In this document: one piece after another, positions 26,002 through 38,736 of the stretch
Position numbering within the stretch: position 1 is the stretch's first letter
Layout: each line of letters starts with the position of its first letter
Source: Octopus sinensis
Taxonomy: Eukaryota
Reading direction: 5' to 3'
Assembly: GCF_006345805.1 (NCBI RefSeq)
Contig: NW_021831857.1
Location: 1-63,835 of the forward strand
Length of the DNA stretch: 63,835 nt
Translations under genes and position numbers: made by a program
The notes under the pieces: model-generated
Told to the model about the DNA's origin: nothing
Seen by the model: only the letters and a program-made list of their open reading frames with translations
Databases searched by the model: none

Positions 26002-26053
26002 AACCGTGTCATCTCCAAGAAATCTTGCGACGATAAACCTGATGACACCCCAA
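26002..26053 (+). CDS. Exon 2, copy A2 (NRVISKKSCDDKPDDTP)
   Basis: tttccacAG acceptor and A|gtaaga donor; 52 nt; the trailing A completes codon AAA with exon 3. Confidence 0.8.
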
Positions 26054-26379
26054 GTAAGAACTAATTTTATATTGTATAAGACAATAACTTTGAAGAAATG
26101 TTCAGGAATGAGATTAAATATTATAAAGTATCCAACTTCCAGTTCTACAGTGTTTAGCCAAAGTCATTCACCCGTGTCTCCTTAACGATTTATAGTTTCA
26201 CCAAAGTTGAATTGAATCTACATCACTATCCATAGTTCTTCAGTAATATATACTAAGACACTAGTCTAAATTTCTTTTGAAATACATTTTTCTTTACAAT
26301 AATTTCCTTAATAAAATGTTACTCTGTTATACTATGACATTAATTGTGTGTATATGAGTGTGTGTGTGTGTGCAGCGCT

Positions 26380-28330
26380 ACGTCGATAAGTGTACCGACC
26401 ATTATTCGTCTGAGAATCGAATGCCCAACCTAGCGCATCAATGCGTTTATATCTAGAATTTAGCAATCTGTTCAGTCTTGTGCTTCCAATCACTCGTGAA
26501 TAGATTCCCGAAGTAACGATGTTCCACTTTCCTGCAGAGTGTGTGTTAGTCATCCCTGCCTTGGAGCACTCGGCAGCCAACCCATTCAATGTATGTCAAA
26601 AGTGAACATGACATGAGTCAGATAGCTGCATGTCGTCTGCAAATAGCAGTCGACCGACCCCTTACAGACGAAATGAGATACTTCTACTAAAATGGCTGAG
26701 CCATGCTCAACCAGACCATAAGAAATGTGAGAAGAAGCACTAACAATACGCTCTTCTATTGAATTCCAAACTCCATGTTGAAAACATTCGGCTTTTGCAC
26801 AAATACAAACATTTGGACATCCGTACGAGTATCTTACGGTAAAAAGTATTTGCCCAATAATTTCACTTTCCTGGTAAACCATCCGCAACATGCCCCACGG
26901 CATGTGGTCTACAGCGTATTCCCCTTGGAATTATTTCAACGTTTTCTCGAAGATCTGCCTTTGAACGAATATCTGGTCGGGTGTACTGCGTCCAGGACAG
27001 TAATCTTGGGCGCGACCATTTCTCTACGTAATATTTCTAGACATGTAGTGTAGACTTTGTCTTAAAAAAAACTGTGATTATTACTCCGGATTGACATTGC
27101 CCTCGTGTTTTCCCTGATGCCCCATTCCACCTAGCATACATGAGTCACTCAAGGAATACCATGTGTATTTAAGGGTTTTAAATTATCAAGACGAACGTAT
27201 TTCTCTCCAGCAGCTTTATCACTTTTCAGTGACTTTAGTTCGACAAAAATAATACAATCACCAAACAATTTCGATGCCCAAGTTTATTCATGTGGGTCTC
27301 TCTCAATTTGGATGCAATATTATCCACAATTTTGTTTCTTATTCCATCATCCACAACTGCTTTCAACTTTATTCTGTAGGTCGCCCTTGACTTACCAATT
27401 TACTAGGTTCTCCCAACTGTAGGCATCTTCCGGTTTCAGACATCTTGGTAGTGGTCAGTTGACAACTCTCCCCACTACTTATAGCCCGAACGTCCAGCAC
27501 AGACTCAAAGATGAATGAGACGATAACAACATCTATCAAGAATTTCTGTCACTAAGCATTTCTATTCCAAGTACCCTTATAAACAACCGTCTTAAAACGA
27601 TATCTATATCATACAGCATCCGTTTCCTGCCTGAAGACTAGTATGGCCACCACATTAAGGTGTGTGACGCCATTCCACCCAATCAATACTTCTTGCGGTT
27701 ATCAGCGCCAAATTGTGCACGGAGGTCTCCTTGTAAGACAAATGACTTTACCCCAAATATATCCAAAGCTGCAGTGAATTTGTTAAGGAAGCATTTGTAT
27801 TTGCCCTCGCTATTGGTTGCATTTACTACCAGCAGCTACATCACTCCTTCATTCTGCTTGAGCTTCAGGAGGTATCCGTTAATAACTAGTGGGATTCACT
27901 CCATAATCCAATCCGAAAGCTAGGGATTGTGAGCATCCCACTTCCGCCTGTGCTGACATACTTGGTGGCACACCTGCACGGTGGAGTTTCCAACCTAATT
28001 CCAAGTGTATGCCTCGGAAGTAACGAAGCTTTCTTGATGAGACACAGATATAGCGTTTTATCTCCTCCGGTTTTGACAGTCTAATTCTCAATTATGAACT
28101 GTTGATCCCTTCTGGCCCTGCTTCGGGGTTCCTGAACACGCATATTTTGTATTCCCTTCCCATGCATCCCACATTGAGTTGGGTGGAGACGGCAATATAT
28201 TTCCTAAATGGACTCCTCCATCCAAGATCCGGACGCAAATGCTGTTATCCGACTCGATGAATGACGCGGTATGGCTATTCCTTCGAGCCCTTTGCATATT
28301 GTAGCTATGATGGCCTGATTCGCGCCAAAC
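26380..28330 (-). mobile_element. Degenerate RTE-like LINE in intron 2, copy A2
   Basis: Homologous to 17170-18780 but more diverged. Confidence 0.6.
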
Positions 28331-28765
28331 ACCAAACTGATATTTGTAATTGACCAATCAGGTACCAGGAATTGATAATATGGCCTACATATCTAAAAAA
28401 TACTTTATCATTATTACGGTCACAAATATATATATACTCACATCCAAGTTCAACAACAAAACAAACATCCGTTCTTAAGGGAGACAAATACACATTCTGA
28501 TATTCTGAGATTAATCTCTCAAATCGTTGACATCAACGTCAACAAAAGGCTCAATAGACAAATGACTAATTTTCTTCGTTTAAAATTTATTCTTAGTGAA
28601 TCATTTACTTCTTTCATTCTGATTTTCATTCATTCACTCATTCTTCTTCTCCTAAATTCTAAATTGCTCTCCTCTCTATCAATTCCTTCCAAACCAACAA
28701 CTTCCTTTGTATAGGATTCAAGAATTCTTTCTTTAAAACTAAATTGTTTCATTTTAATTTCACAG

Positions 28766-28840
28766 AACCCGGTCCCGGATCATTGTATACCCGGTGGGGC
28801 AGAACAACTTGTCCTACTAATTCAAGCCTTGTATATGACG
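28766..28840 (+). CDS. Exon 3, copy A2 (KPGPGSLYTRWGRTTCPTNSSLVYDG)
   Basis: tttcacAG acceptor and G|gttagt donor; 75 nt, phase 1 to 1. YTRWG..TCP...LVY.G is the start of the short-chain collagen C4 domain. Confidence 0.88.
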
Positions 28841-29554
28841 GTTAGTATAAACTATACTTCTGTCCTCTCTTTCTCATTTTATCTTTCTCTTCTTCTCTTT
28901 TTATTCCTCTCATTTTCTCTTTGTGTCGCCCCCTCTCTTTCCGTTTCTCTCACGTAAACGCACGCACGCACACTTAAGCAAATCATTTGATGACATATCA
29001 CGTTTGAAACGATACCTATAGACCCTATAGAGTCTGCACAAGACTGCTTACTCCTTTGTAGGTATTTGGTCAAATCAGAATATTATATGTTGTCTACTAC
29101 GGACCAAGTGAAAAGGATGTTGTCTAACTACAGAATATAGATATATCTACGCTAAATTACAGACAAGGGCTGGACTGAAAACCACCATGATGATCAAGAA
29201 TTTCTGGCTAACCAGCTTTGGATTGTAGATATCAAATACCGAGGCTGCTAACTGGTGATCAATTGTACTGGCTACGGATGGTGGTATTGTACGTGAGTGA
29301 CAAGAGCTGAAATGTGGCCAGTTGACTATCATTAACTAGAGTGCCCAATGATCGTAGGTGTGGGATAAATTGAATAGAGTCTATTAGAATTGATGGCAGT
29401 GACTGTAAATGGTTAATGGAATGAAAGCACAATGTAGAATGAGGACTGGACAAGCCACACACTGTAACTGATGGAAAAAGCTAAGGACTGTATTCATTAA
29501 GTAAAATAGAGAGAGACTAAATATTAGTGAGAGAACACAACAGAGTACAGAATG

Positions 29555-30200
29555 CACTTCTATTCTTCTCCGCTTCACCGAAATCGTCCTATCGCTAAAA
29601 CCTTGCTCTTTTCATGCACCACATCACCTCATTAATTATCCAGTATATCTTTGTAAGGTAATTCCGAAACTTCCAATTCAAAACTGCCTCTTCCAACGGC
29701 TTCCCCAATTAACCTCACAATCCCCCAAAATGCTCCGAATCTGCTCTCTATAAACCCTACACGTATCCTTTATTGGTCGCCCACTCCGCCGTGCATTAAT
29801 CTTAAGCACTAAGCCATCACTGAACGTCACAATTTTTCCTCCCACCTCATTTCTGAGTATTGAATGAAATAAAGTCTGTGTGATCATAACGTCTATGTAA
29901 GCCTGATTCGTCCGAGTCTAAACGAGAGGTTTAGCCACCGACTCTCGTATGATCGACTAAACAACATTTCATCGACGGTTACCCACCACTTCTCTGAATC
30001 TCTTCGTCTTTCATATTGCCCTACTCAAACCTCCTACAATTTCCACCACCCAAAATATCCCCGTTCACACGTGAACATCTTTTCCATTTTGGATAAACAC
30101 GAGTGCATGCATTATAAAATATCTTTCTTTTTCTTCATCTATTGACATCCACCTAAAAACACCTACCCCATGCAAACGTACATAATAATCCACGTCGTAA
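29555..30200 (+). mobile_element. Highly degenerate LINE RT remnant in intron 3 (paralogues at about 42880-43280 and 60370-61020)
   Basis: Broken matches to the GVPQG.P.SP.LY..Y and ADD regions; conserved in all three intron-3 copies. Confidence 0.3.
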
Positions 30201-30551
30201 CCACAATTACTTACCCGTATATACAATATATATATATATATATATATATAAATGGAGTTACATGAAACAAACGTACCGTATTACTTCTGGATATACTTGT
30301 TGCTTACTTCGATATAAATATATATATATATTTATATATATATACATAGTATGACAAGGTAAATGCAGACCTACGATTCAGCAACACACAGCTTACACTA
30401 AAATAAACACTAACATATATACACCACAATTCGTTCACACGCGAGTAAACATGACTTCTTTTAGGTGTCAAGTTGTAAAGAATGTTTCCGTTATTTCATA
30501 TATAATTTTGCTTAATATCTTTTTTATTTGATTTATTCTTACCAATTCTAG

Positions 30552-31051
30552 GTGTGGCTGGTGGACAATGGTTCGACAAGACAGGTGGCGGAAGTAACCT
30601 CTTATGTCTACCTAACGATCCCATTTGGGCCAATTATACGACAGAATTTGAAAGAGGTGGTTACATTTATGGCAGTGAATATGAACTATATTTATACCCA
30701 ACTAATAAACTCTTTTCTTTTGCTAACGCTGAATCAATTCAGAATCACAACGTTCCGTGCGCTGTCTGTTTGACACGACAACCTGCTGTTGTTATGATGT
30801 TACCAGCCAGGACAAAGTGTTACGAAGGTTGGACAGCTGAGTATTCGGGATATTTGATGACCGAAATTCATTATCATAAGGGCAGACTTGAATATGTGTG
30901 TGTGGACTATGCACCAGAAGCTGATCCAGCAGGTTACAGAGACGAAAAGGCAGCTAATTTATTTTTCGTTCAGGCTGGTTGTGGTTCATTGCCATGTCCA
31001 CCGTATGTCAAAGGTCGAGAATTAACCTGCGTTGTGTGCAGTAAATACTGA
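30552..31051 (+). CDS. Exon 4, copy A2: short-chain collagen C4-like C-terminal domain (intact)
   Basis: ttctAG acceptor. ORF AGGQWFDKTGGGSNLLCLP...IYGSEYE...HNVPCAVC...MMLPARTKCYEGWTAEYSGYLM...EYVCVD...CGSLPCPPYVKGRELTCVVCSK*. Confidence 0.93.
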
Positions 31052-32719
31052 ATAGAAATTTACATTCGTTTCTATATGAAAATTTATGTCGGCGAATCAT
31101 AAAATATAATATAAAAAAGCAACATATACGTTTCTTGTAATTGTGTTTCGCAATATTGTATCCAACTAATATATGTCGTTAAATAAATTGCGGCTACAAA
31201 TCTTCAGAAAATATTCAAAACGAAACAACAGAGACGTCATAGAATGTGACAAATAGCTTAACAGAACGATGTAATCCTCAGGGAATGATTCTAGAATACA
31301 TTGTATGAGGTTCCGTTTATCAAATTTAAAAGTTGAAATAAAATGATGATTCGTTTAAATGTGTGTTGTATTCCGTCTTAAAATGAAAACAATCCCCAAA
31401 TGAAACACCTCCGTACAAATATATCACCCTTTCATGATCAATCTTCAGAAAACACGATAAAAGCTTATAATTAACATCACTAAATCATGATGTGTTAAAA
31501 AAAAATACTCCCATACGTATCATTGTAAGTACAATCGATGCGATGAAATCTCTGCAATCCAATGGCGGATATTACCTAATAAAGGATATTTGATATCCAC
31601 TGAAGAAATACCACAAAATGTTGACTACCTTTCTACTTGTCAGGTTACTAACACATTGAAGTTTTCACGAAACACTTTCGACAAGGGTACTAATACACGT
31701 CCCACGATTAACTATTTTCAACCTACATTCACATATTCCCGCTTTTCTACAAAAATCACACACAAACACAGCCTCGCGTCACATTACACACACAGCCTCT
31801 CATCGTTCCCTGAAAACTGATGTGCCAAAATAAAATATGAAACCACCAAGAAATATGAGTAGACTTCAAGAACAACATCAACCGAATCTACAGCAACAAC
31901 ACAAAACATCGAGTTCAACAAATTATCTCCGTCTGTAACATAAAACTATCAAACTCGCAGAAGAGGAACTTGCTTCGAGATACATGCATACAATAACTGT
32001 AACACACATAAACGACTTAATAAGGAAAGGAAGACGACTTATAAAATATACATTAGGTGGAATCAGTGCAACATGTTGAGTGTTTCACACTCTACCCAGC
32101 ATGATTGCTCGTTGTATGTGGGAGTTTGTAGAATGGCTGCCAGATAAACGAAGGTATCCGTGGAAAGAGGGATCTGTGGGTGGCAGCACGTTTTTTCTCC
32201 GATTAATTGCGTGCCATAAGAATGCTCGATTGTGAAAAAGCTAGAGAAAAAGAATAATAATTAAGTAATATGAAAGCACGAAATGCAAATTGACAAATGA
32301 ATATATGGAAACATTCAACATGGCGTTTCCAGTGAACAGTATTAGCGCTCAGTATTAGGCATAAGAAATTTTTAGGTTCGTTAAAATGTGCTAATGGCAT
32401 ATTTCAAACTCTAAAGGCAAATTCAATGCAGGATGGTGCAAAAACAGCATATCAGTCGAGTGCTGCTCCCTATCGGGTTCCAGTTCAGTCGTTACCAAAA
32501 GAAAATACCGAAGAGGGGAATATCTGGACAAACTTAAAGCCATAGCTTTAACTTAAACATAGTCAACAACAACGAGTAAGTGAAGCCATTAGAGCGCCAG
32601 GCTGGAGTCTGTCGTGAGTTACCTACCTTCGGTATTTCTCTTTGATAAATACTTCGCTAGAGGAGTTGACTTCAACCTTGTGCCCCAACAGTAACTGCGG
32701 TCGCTCGTACGAGCACGCA

Positions 32720-33076
32720 TTTTCACGCATACTTGTGTGTGTGTGTGTTTGTATGTGTGTGTGTGTATGTGTCACTGTGTGTGTGTTAATGTGTGTGTGT
32801 GTGTGTGTGCGCATGTGTCCATGTGTGTGTATGTGTGTGTGTGTGTGTCAACGTGTGTGTGTGTCAGCGTGTGTGTGTGTCAGTGTGTGTGAGTCACGGT
32901 GTGTGGGTCAGTGTGTGTTAGTGTGTGTGTCAGTGTGTGTGTGTGTATATCTGTGTGTATGTGTGTGTGTGTGTCAGTGTATGTGTGTGTGTGAATGTGT
33001 GTGTGTGTGAATGTGTGTGTGTATTTCAGTGTGTATGTGTGTTTGAGTATGTCAGTGTGTGTGTGTGTGTATGTGT

Positions 33077-33126
<50 letters not shown>

Positions 33127-33690
33127 CAGTGTGTGTATGTGTGTCAGCGTGTGTGTGCGTGTGTGTATGTCAGTGTGTGTGTGTGTGTATATCAGTGTGT
33201 ATGTGTGTGTGTGAATGTGTGTGTGTATGCATGTGTGTGTGTGAATATGTGTGTGTGTTTCAGTGTGTATGTGTGTTTGAGTATGTCAGTGTGTATGTGT
33301 GTGTGTGTGAGTGTGTGTGTGTGTGTGTATGTCAGTGTGTGTATGTGTGTCAGCGGGTGTGTGTGTGTGTGTATGTCAGTGTGTGTGTGTGTGTGTCTGT
33401 GTGTGTGTGTATGTCACTGTGTGTGTGTCAGTGTGTGTGTGTGTATGTCAGTGTGTGTGTCAGTGTGTGTGTGTGTATGTCAGTGTGTGTGTGTGTGTGT
33501 GTGTCAGTGTGTATGTGTGTTTGTATTTGTCTGTGTGTGTATCGGTGTGTGTGTGTGTGTGTGTGCGTGTGTGTGTGTTTGTCAGTGTGTGTGTGTTTCT
33601 CAGTGTCTGTGTGTGTGTTTCTCAGTGTGTGTGTCAGTGTGTGTGTGTGTGTGTGTGTCGGTGTGTGTGTGTCTTTGTGTCTGTGTATTT
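32720..33690. repeat. About 1-kb compound (TG)n tract with TCAG interruptions, upstream of the copy B promoter
   Basis: Seen directly; paralogous tracts at 48555-49560 and 50290-51510. Confidence 0.95.
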
Positions 33691-33929
33691 GCTGGTTGAA
33701 CGAAATACTTCCCACACTGTATATTAAAACAGTTTCCCAAGAATAACAAATAAAATTAAATAACAACATTAGTAAATAAATATATCATAATATATCCAGA
33801 AACAGGAAACATTTAACTTTACACGTGTCTCTCATTCATCAAAATATTTTGCTAATTATTGTGTGACAATATCAAACCATCTCTTTCCAATAATTAAACC
33901 TGTCAGACAAGTTCACACCCGCTTTTACA

Positions 33930-34104
33930 GTTCCACCAATCGCATTGGTTCATAAATTTACGATAAGATCTATGCCAGAGCTGGGTTGTTGTGCGCTCAA
34001 TAAATACGTGGAATTCAGTTACAGGTCTTCAGCTTAAACCTCGCATCTCGATCTTTTGTTGAAGCCACACGAAGTATCACTTACGACCGACAACTGTCAC
34101 CAGA
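33930..34104 (+). promoter_or_regulatory. Putative promoter and 5' UTR of copy B (conserved at about 51760-51934 for copy C)
   Basis: Dyad ACCAAT-cgc-ATTGGT (33935-33949), CATAAAT (33951) and Inr-like TCAGTT (34015-34020). The spacing is not canonical. Confidence 0.35.
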
Positions 34105-34248
34105 ATGGATTTCGCACAACTGTCCAGGAATATTTCGCAGCGTTATTCCATTTCTTCTCTCATAGCTTTTGGGGTTCTTCTCGTTCTGACGATCGTGATT
34201 CTTCATCAAGATTCAAGAATAGGAAAAATGGAAGAGAAATCGAAAACG
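34105..34248 (+). CDS. Exon 1, copy B: cytosolic N-terminus plus hydrophobic anchor (MDFAQLSRNISQRYSISSLIAFGVLLVLTIVILHQDSRIGKMEEKSKT)
   Basis: ATG at 34105, 48 codons, ACG|gtaagt donor in phase 0, matching the exon 2 entry phase. Confidence 0.85.
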
Positions 34249-34666
34249 GTAAGTCATGGATTTTGTGTTAATATATGTATGTCTTTATGTATTTATATAT
34301 GCATGTATGTATGTATGCATTTACGTATGTATGTATTAATATGTGGATGTATGTACGTACGGATGGATGGATGAATGTAAGGATGTATGCATGAATCACG
34401 TACATATGTTCCTATGGAGCACACACACACACATAAGATCACACACGTTATCACACACGAACACACAGGCGCACACACCTAAATATACATATATATACAT
34501 ATAAATATATTTGTATATATAATATACATATATATGTATATATAAATATACATATATATGAATATATTAGTGCGTGAACATATATCGATATATATATACA
34601 AACAAATATATGCGTGTGTGTATCTATCACTGTATATCTCTGTCTATCACTCTCTCTCTCTATTGA

Positions 34667-34710
<44 letters not shown>

Positions 34711-34754
34711 TGTGTGTGTGTGTCTGTGTGTGTTTGTATATAAATATATTCTTT

Positions 34755-34920
34755 TACCCGTTTCAGTCATATGACTGCGGCCCATCTAGAGCACTGCGTT
34801 TAGTAGGACAAATCGACTTCAGGAATTACTCTTTGTAAGCCTATTGCTCATTCTATCGGTATTTCTAGCCGAACCGCTATGTAACGGGGACGTAAACACA
34901 CCGACATCAGTTAAGATTCG
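34755..34920 (-). mobile_element. SINE 3' fragment (paralogue at about 52560-52720)
   Basis: Reverse complement of the 3' half of the SINE at 58809-59225. Confidence 0.6.
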
Positions 34921-35102
34921 ATAGTGGTGCGATAATATCAGACACATACATAAAACATAGATACATACAGACTATGTGTGCTATACACACACACACATAC
35001 ATCCATATATATATATACATATCATATATACATACACACATATATAGTTACGTATGTATGTACATACATATCTATCTATCAATCTATTTATCTACATATC
35101 TG

Positions 35103-35152
<50 letters not shown>

Positions 35153-35886
35153 GATATATATATATGTATATGTATATGTATATATATGTATATATGTATA
35201 TATACATATACACACATCCCAAGGAAACACAAAGAAGAGTGGAATTGTACTCCTGTCCGATCGCTCTTTCACCAGACGTAATCCTGGAGAGGGAAATAAG
35301 TGCGTAATGAAAAAAATCTAATGGTGGGGTTCCAGCATGGCCATGCCCTGTCGCTGCAACGTTTAGCCCTATTAATATTAGTGTTAAGTATTATATCTAG
35401 ATGTACGCTTACACACACGCACAGAAACAGACACATACAAACACACACACGCACACATAGGAATACGTACATATTTACACACATTTATCTATTTCTCTCC
35501 ATCAGGAACGGAAGTGAGGCGAGTTTTTTTGAATCTTTTCTTTCCAACTGAAAATAAAACGTGCGATTGCCAATGTAGATCGGTGAATTTCGTAATGTTT
35601 GACTGTAATTCACGTTGGTTTTTATATATGACAATATGTAAGAACGAATGTAAATACATACACACAGACACACGGACAAACACACGCACAAATAAACACA
35701 AACACACACACATACGCACGCACACAGACACACGTGCTCAATTGTACACGGAGAATCACACTATACAGTGTATGTCCACTCACATATATGTGTGCGTTTG
35801 TGTGTGTGTATGCGTATAAGTAGATACGTATATTTGTGATATTTATGTGTATACCTGTATATTGATATGTATGTATATATATATAC

Positions 35887-35931
<45 letters not shown>

Positions 35932-36232
35932 TTATCAGTAATAATAAATTAATTAGGGATAATTACACCAAGTAGATTGCCTCACCAACACACCGAATTT
36001 AGAAATAGCAGTCAAAGAGATATAGCTATTCCTTCTACTAAAAGGGGGATCTCAGTAAAATTGACCACAGCATTTTATCTTGGCTACACGCGGGTGGAAG
36101 GGGGCTGGTGACACAAACTTTCATTCAAACTTTGAATTTCGTGGTACTGGTCATGCTTTAGCTCGCTCTGAGTGGAGATGATGCATTCTAGTATCTCAAA
36201 ATTTAATATACAATTATTCATAATTGTAGTAT

Positions 36233-36324
36233 CCTGCGCCGATGAGAGAAGAAGTACGGGTAAAGTAGAATTTTCTAATTCTTACGCTATCCTAAAACTT
36301 GATCTCGAAACGTACGTCCGTAGG
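36233..36324 (+). ncRNA. Type I hammerhead ribozyme motif, U4-to-C variant
   Basis: Stem I CCUGCG/CGUAGG; core CCGAUGA; stem II GAGA/UCUC; GAAA; palindromic stem III ACGUACGU; GUC triplet with predicted cut after 36318. Confidence 0.8.
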
Positions 36325-36812
36325 TAACGTAAAATTGCATGATGGATTGCCGTCATTTCATTCTTTCTTTCTTACCTGTCTGTGTCTGCCTTTCAAGTGC
36401 TGTGTTTTTACTGAGATCCCCTTTTGGTAGAAGGAATAGCTATATCTCTTTGATGCTATTTCTAAATTCGGTGTGTTGGTGAGGCAATTCGTTGCTAAAC
36501 CCTTAATTACTTAGTATTACTTAAATTTTCCTCGAATGGGGCTTTTACATGCTGAAATCTACTTGGTGTAATTGATAATTATCCCTAATTAATTAATTTC
36601 ACCTTTTATTATTACTGATAACCATATTTTATCCCAGTAAATGACCACAGCATTTTATCTTGGCTACACGCGGGTGGAAGGGGGCTGGTGACACAAACTT
36701 TCATTCAAACTTTGAATTTCGTGGTACTGGTCATGCTTTAGCTCGCTCTGAGTGGAGATGATGCATTCTAGTATCTCAAAATTTAATATACAATTATTCA
36801 TAATTGTAGTAT

Positions 36813-36904
36813 CCTGCGCCGATGAGAGAAGAAGTACGGGTAAAGTAGAATTTTCTAATTCTTACGCTATCCTAAAACTTGATCTCGAAACGTACGTCCG
36901 TAGG
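36813..36904 (+). ncRNA. Type I hammerhead ribozyme motif, second tandem copy
   Basis: Identical to 36233-36324 at +580; predicted cut after 36898. Confidence 0.8.
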
Positions 36905-37091
36905 TAACGTAAAATTGCATGATGGATTGCCGTCATTTCATTCTTTCTTTCTTACCTGTCTGTGTCTGCCTTTCAAGTGCTGTGTTTTTACTGAGATCCC
37001 CCTTTTAGTAGAAGGAATAGCTATATTCTTTGACTGCTATTCTAAATTCGGTGTGTTGGTGAGGCAATCGTTGCTAAACCTTAATTACTTA

Positions 37092-37223
<132 letters not shown>

Positions 37224-37224
37224 T

Positions 37225-37505
37225 GTGTGAGGGCGCAGTGGCTAGTGGTTAGGGCAGCGGACTCATGATTGTCGGATCGAGGTCGTCGTAGTGAGTGTTT
37301 AATATCCACGAGTGTCAGGGAATTGGGTTGTGTTGATCTCTGCTGTACTCTTTCGCTACAACTTTCTCCCTTCTTTCTGTTGGCCTGCTCGCCTAGCCAA
37401 CAGGGGGGGGGTGGCGTCATTTGAAGGCTAAATTAATGCGAAGCGCATTGTGACCAGCAATGTGTAGCAAACAACTGATAGCCTGGTCTGTGACGGTCAT
37501 CACAG
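37225..37505 (+). mobile_element. tRNA-derived SINE in intron 1 (paralogue at 54225-54490)
   Basis: gggcgcagtggctagtggttagggcagcggactc head; gcgaagcgcattgtgaccagc body. Confidence 0.7.
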
Positions 37506-38594
37506 AGATATGATTTTGATTTTTGATTGATTTTTCCAGTTTCAGCTAATGAGCTGTGGCCATGCTGGGGCACCGCCATATCATACGCACACAATACACG
37601 CACACACACACGCATCCACACGTACATACACACATACCAGCACAGATGTCCACGTATACATTTAACGAACAATACTCATACAGATACGCACACACTTATA
37701 CACACATGGGCACAGACACACACGCACATACACGTACTTAAGCGTACACACGCACACAAGCACGCGCACGCACATTACACCCACACAACCCATAAAAACC
37801 CACATACACACGCATGCACAAATTCACATACAACCGATACATATACATACACGCAATATATGCCTACACGCGCACACGCACATACACATACGTATACACA
37901 TATAGACACAGACACACACACACACGCAAAAACATGCGCACACATACGCACGCACACAAAGCACACGAATGCACACACCCAACTCGACGCATACACACAC
38001 ACAAACACACATACTACACCAGAAACACTACCAAAACACACACACACATGATACATATACATACACGCACACACACACATACTTCAAACTAGCAGTACCT
38101 ACTACTTGACCTGTGGTAGAGACAAAAGGAGCCACGCCAATTCCTTCTTCTTGACCTTTCACTACTAGCCCTACAACACGCAAAGAATAACAGCCACAAC
38201 CACCACACACACACACACACGTGTCATCATTGCACTATACAAACATACACACAACGCACACGCAGATATCCGCAAACGCACATATCCACACTTACACACA
38301 CATTCCTCCTCCTCTACCACTCTCCTGTCTTTGAAAGAACTTTTCTTCACCCGTTTCCTTCCGGTCATTCAAAATGTGACCGCGTGTGGATCGTTGGCGA
38401 TTTTTTTCCTCTGTTTTCCCTCCTCTGGATCTTTCTCGTCGTATGTTCCGACGAAGCGCTCCGCTCGTAACGTTGATCGCTCCTTCTTTCTTCTTTCCTG
38501 AGCGTCCGATGATACTATATTTGTTCCACGTCCTCACGTGGCTGTGTTCTTTGTGCTTTCTTGTTTGGATTAAATTTAAGTATATATATACATG

Positions 38595-38627
<33 letters not shown>

Positions 38628-38736
38628 ATATATATATATATATATATAATATATATAGATATAGATATAGATATAGATTATGTGTAGAAATATGTGTGTG
38701 TATATGTGTATGTTGTGTGTGTGTGTGTGTTGTTTA

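Noticed and set aside
31560-32200. Possible RNase H-bearing LINE remnant in the 3' flanks (also about 47480-48000 and 62100-62900)
   Set aside because: Conserved between paralogues but too decayed to assign motifs by eye.
32642-33769. Cys/Val-rich ORFs resembling keratin-associated or metallothionein-like proteins (also 48470-51609)
   Set aside because: They are (TG)n tract translations with no splice or codon evidence.
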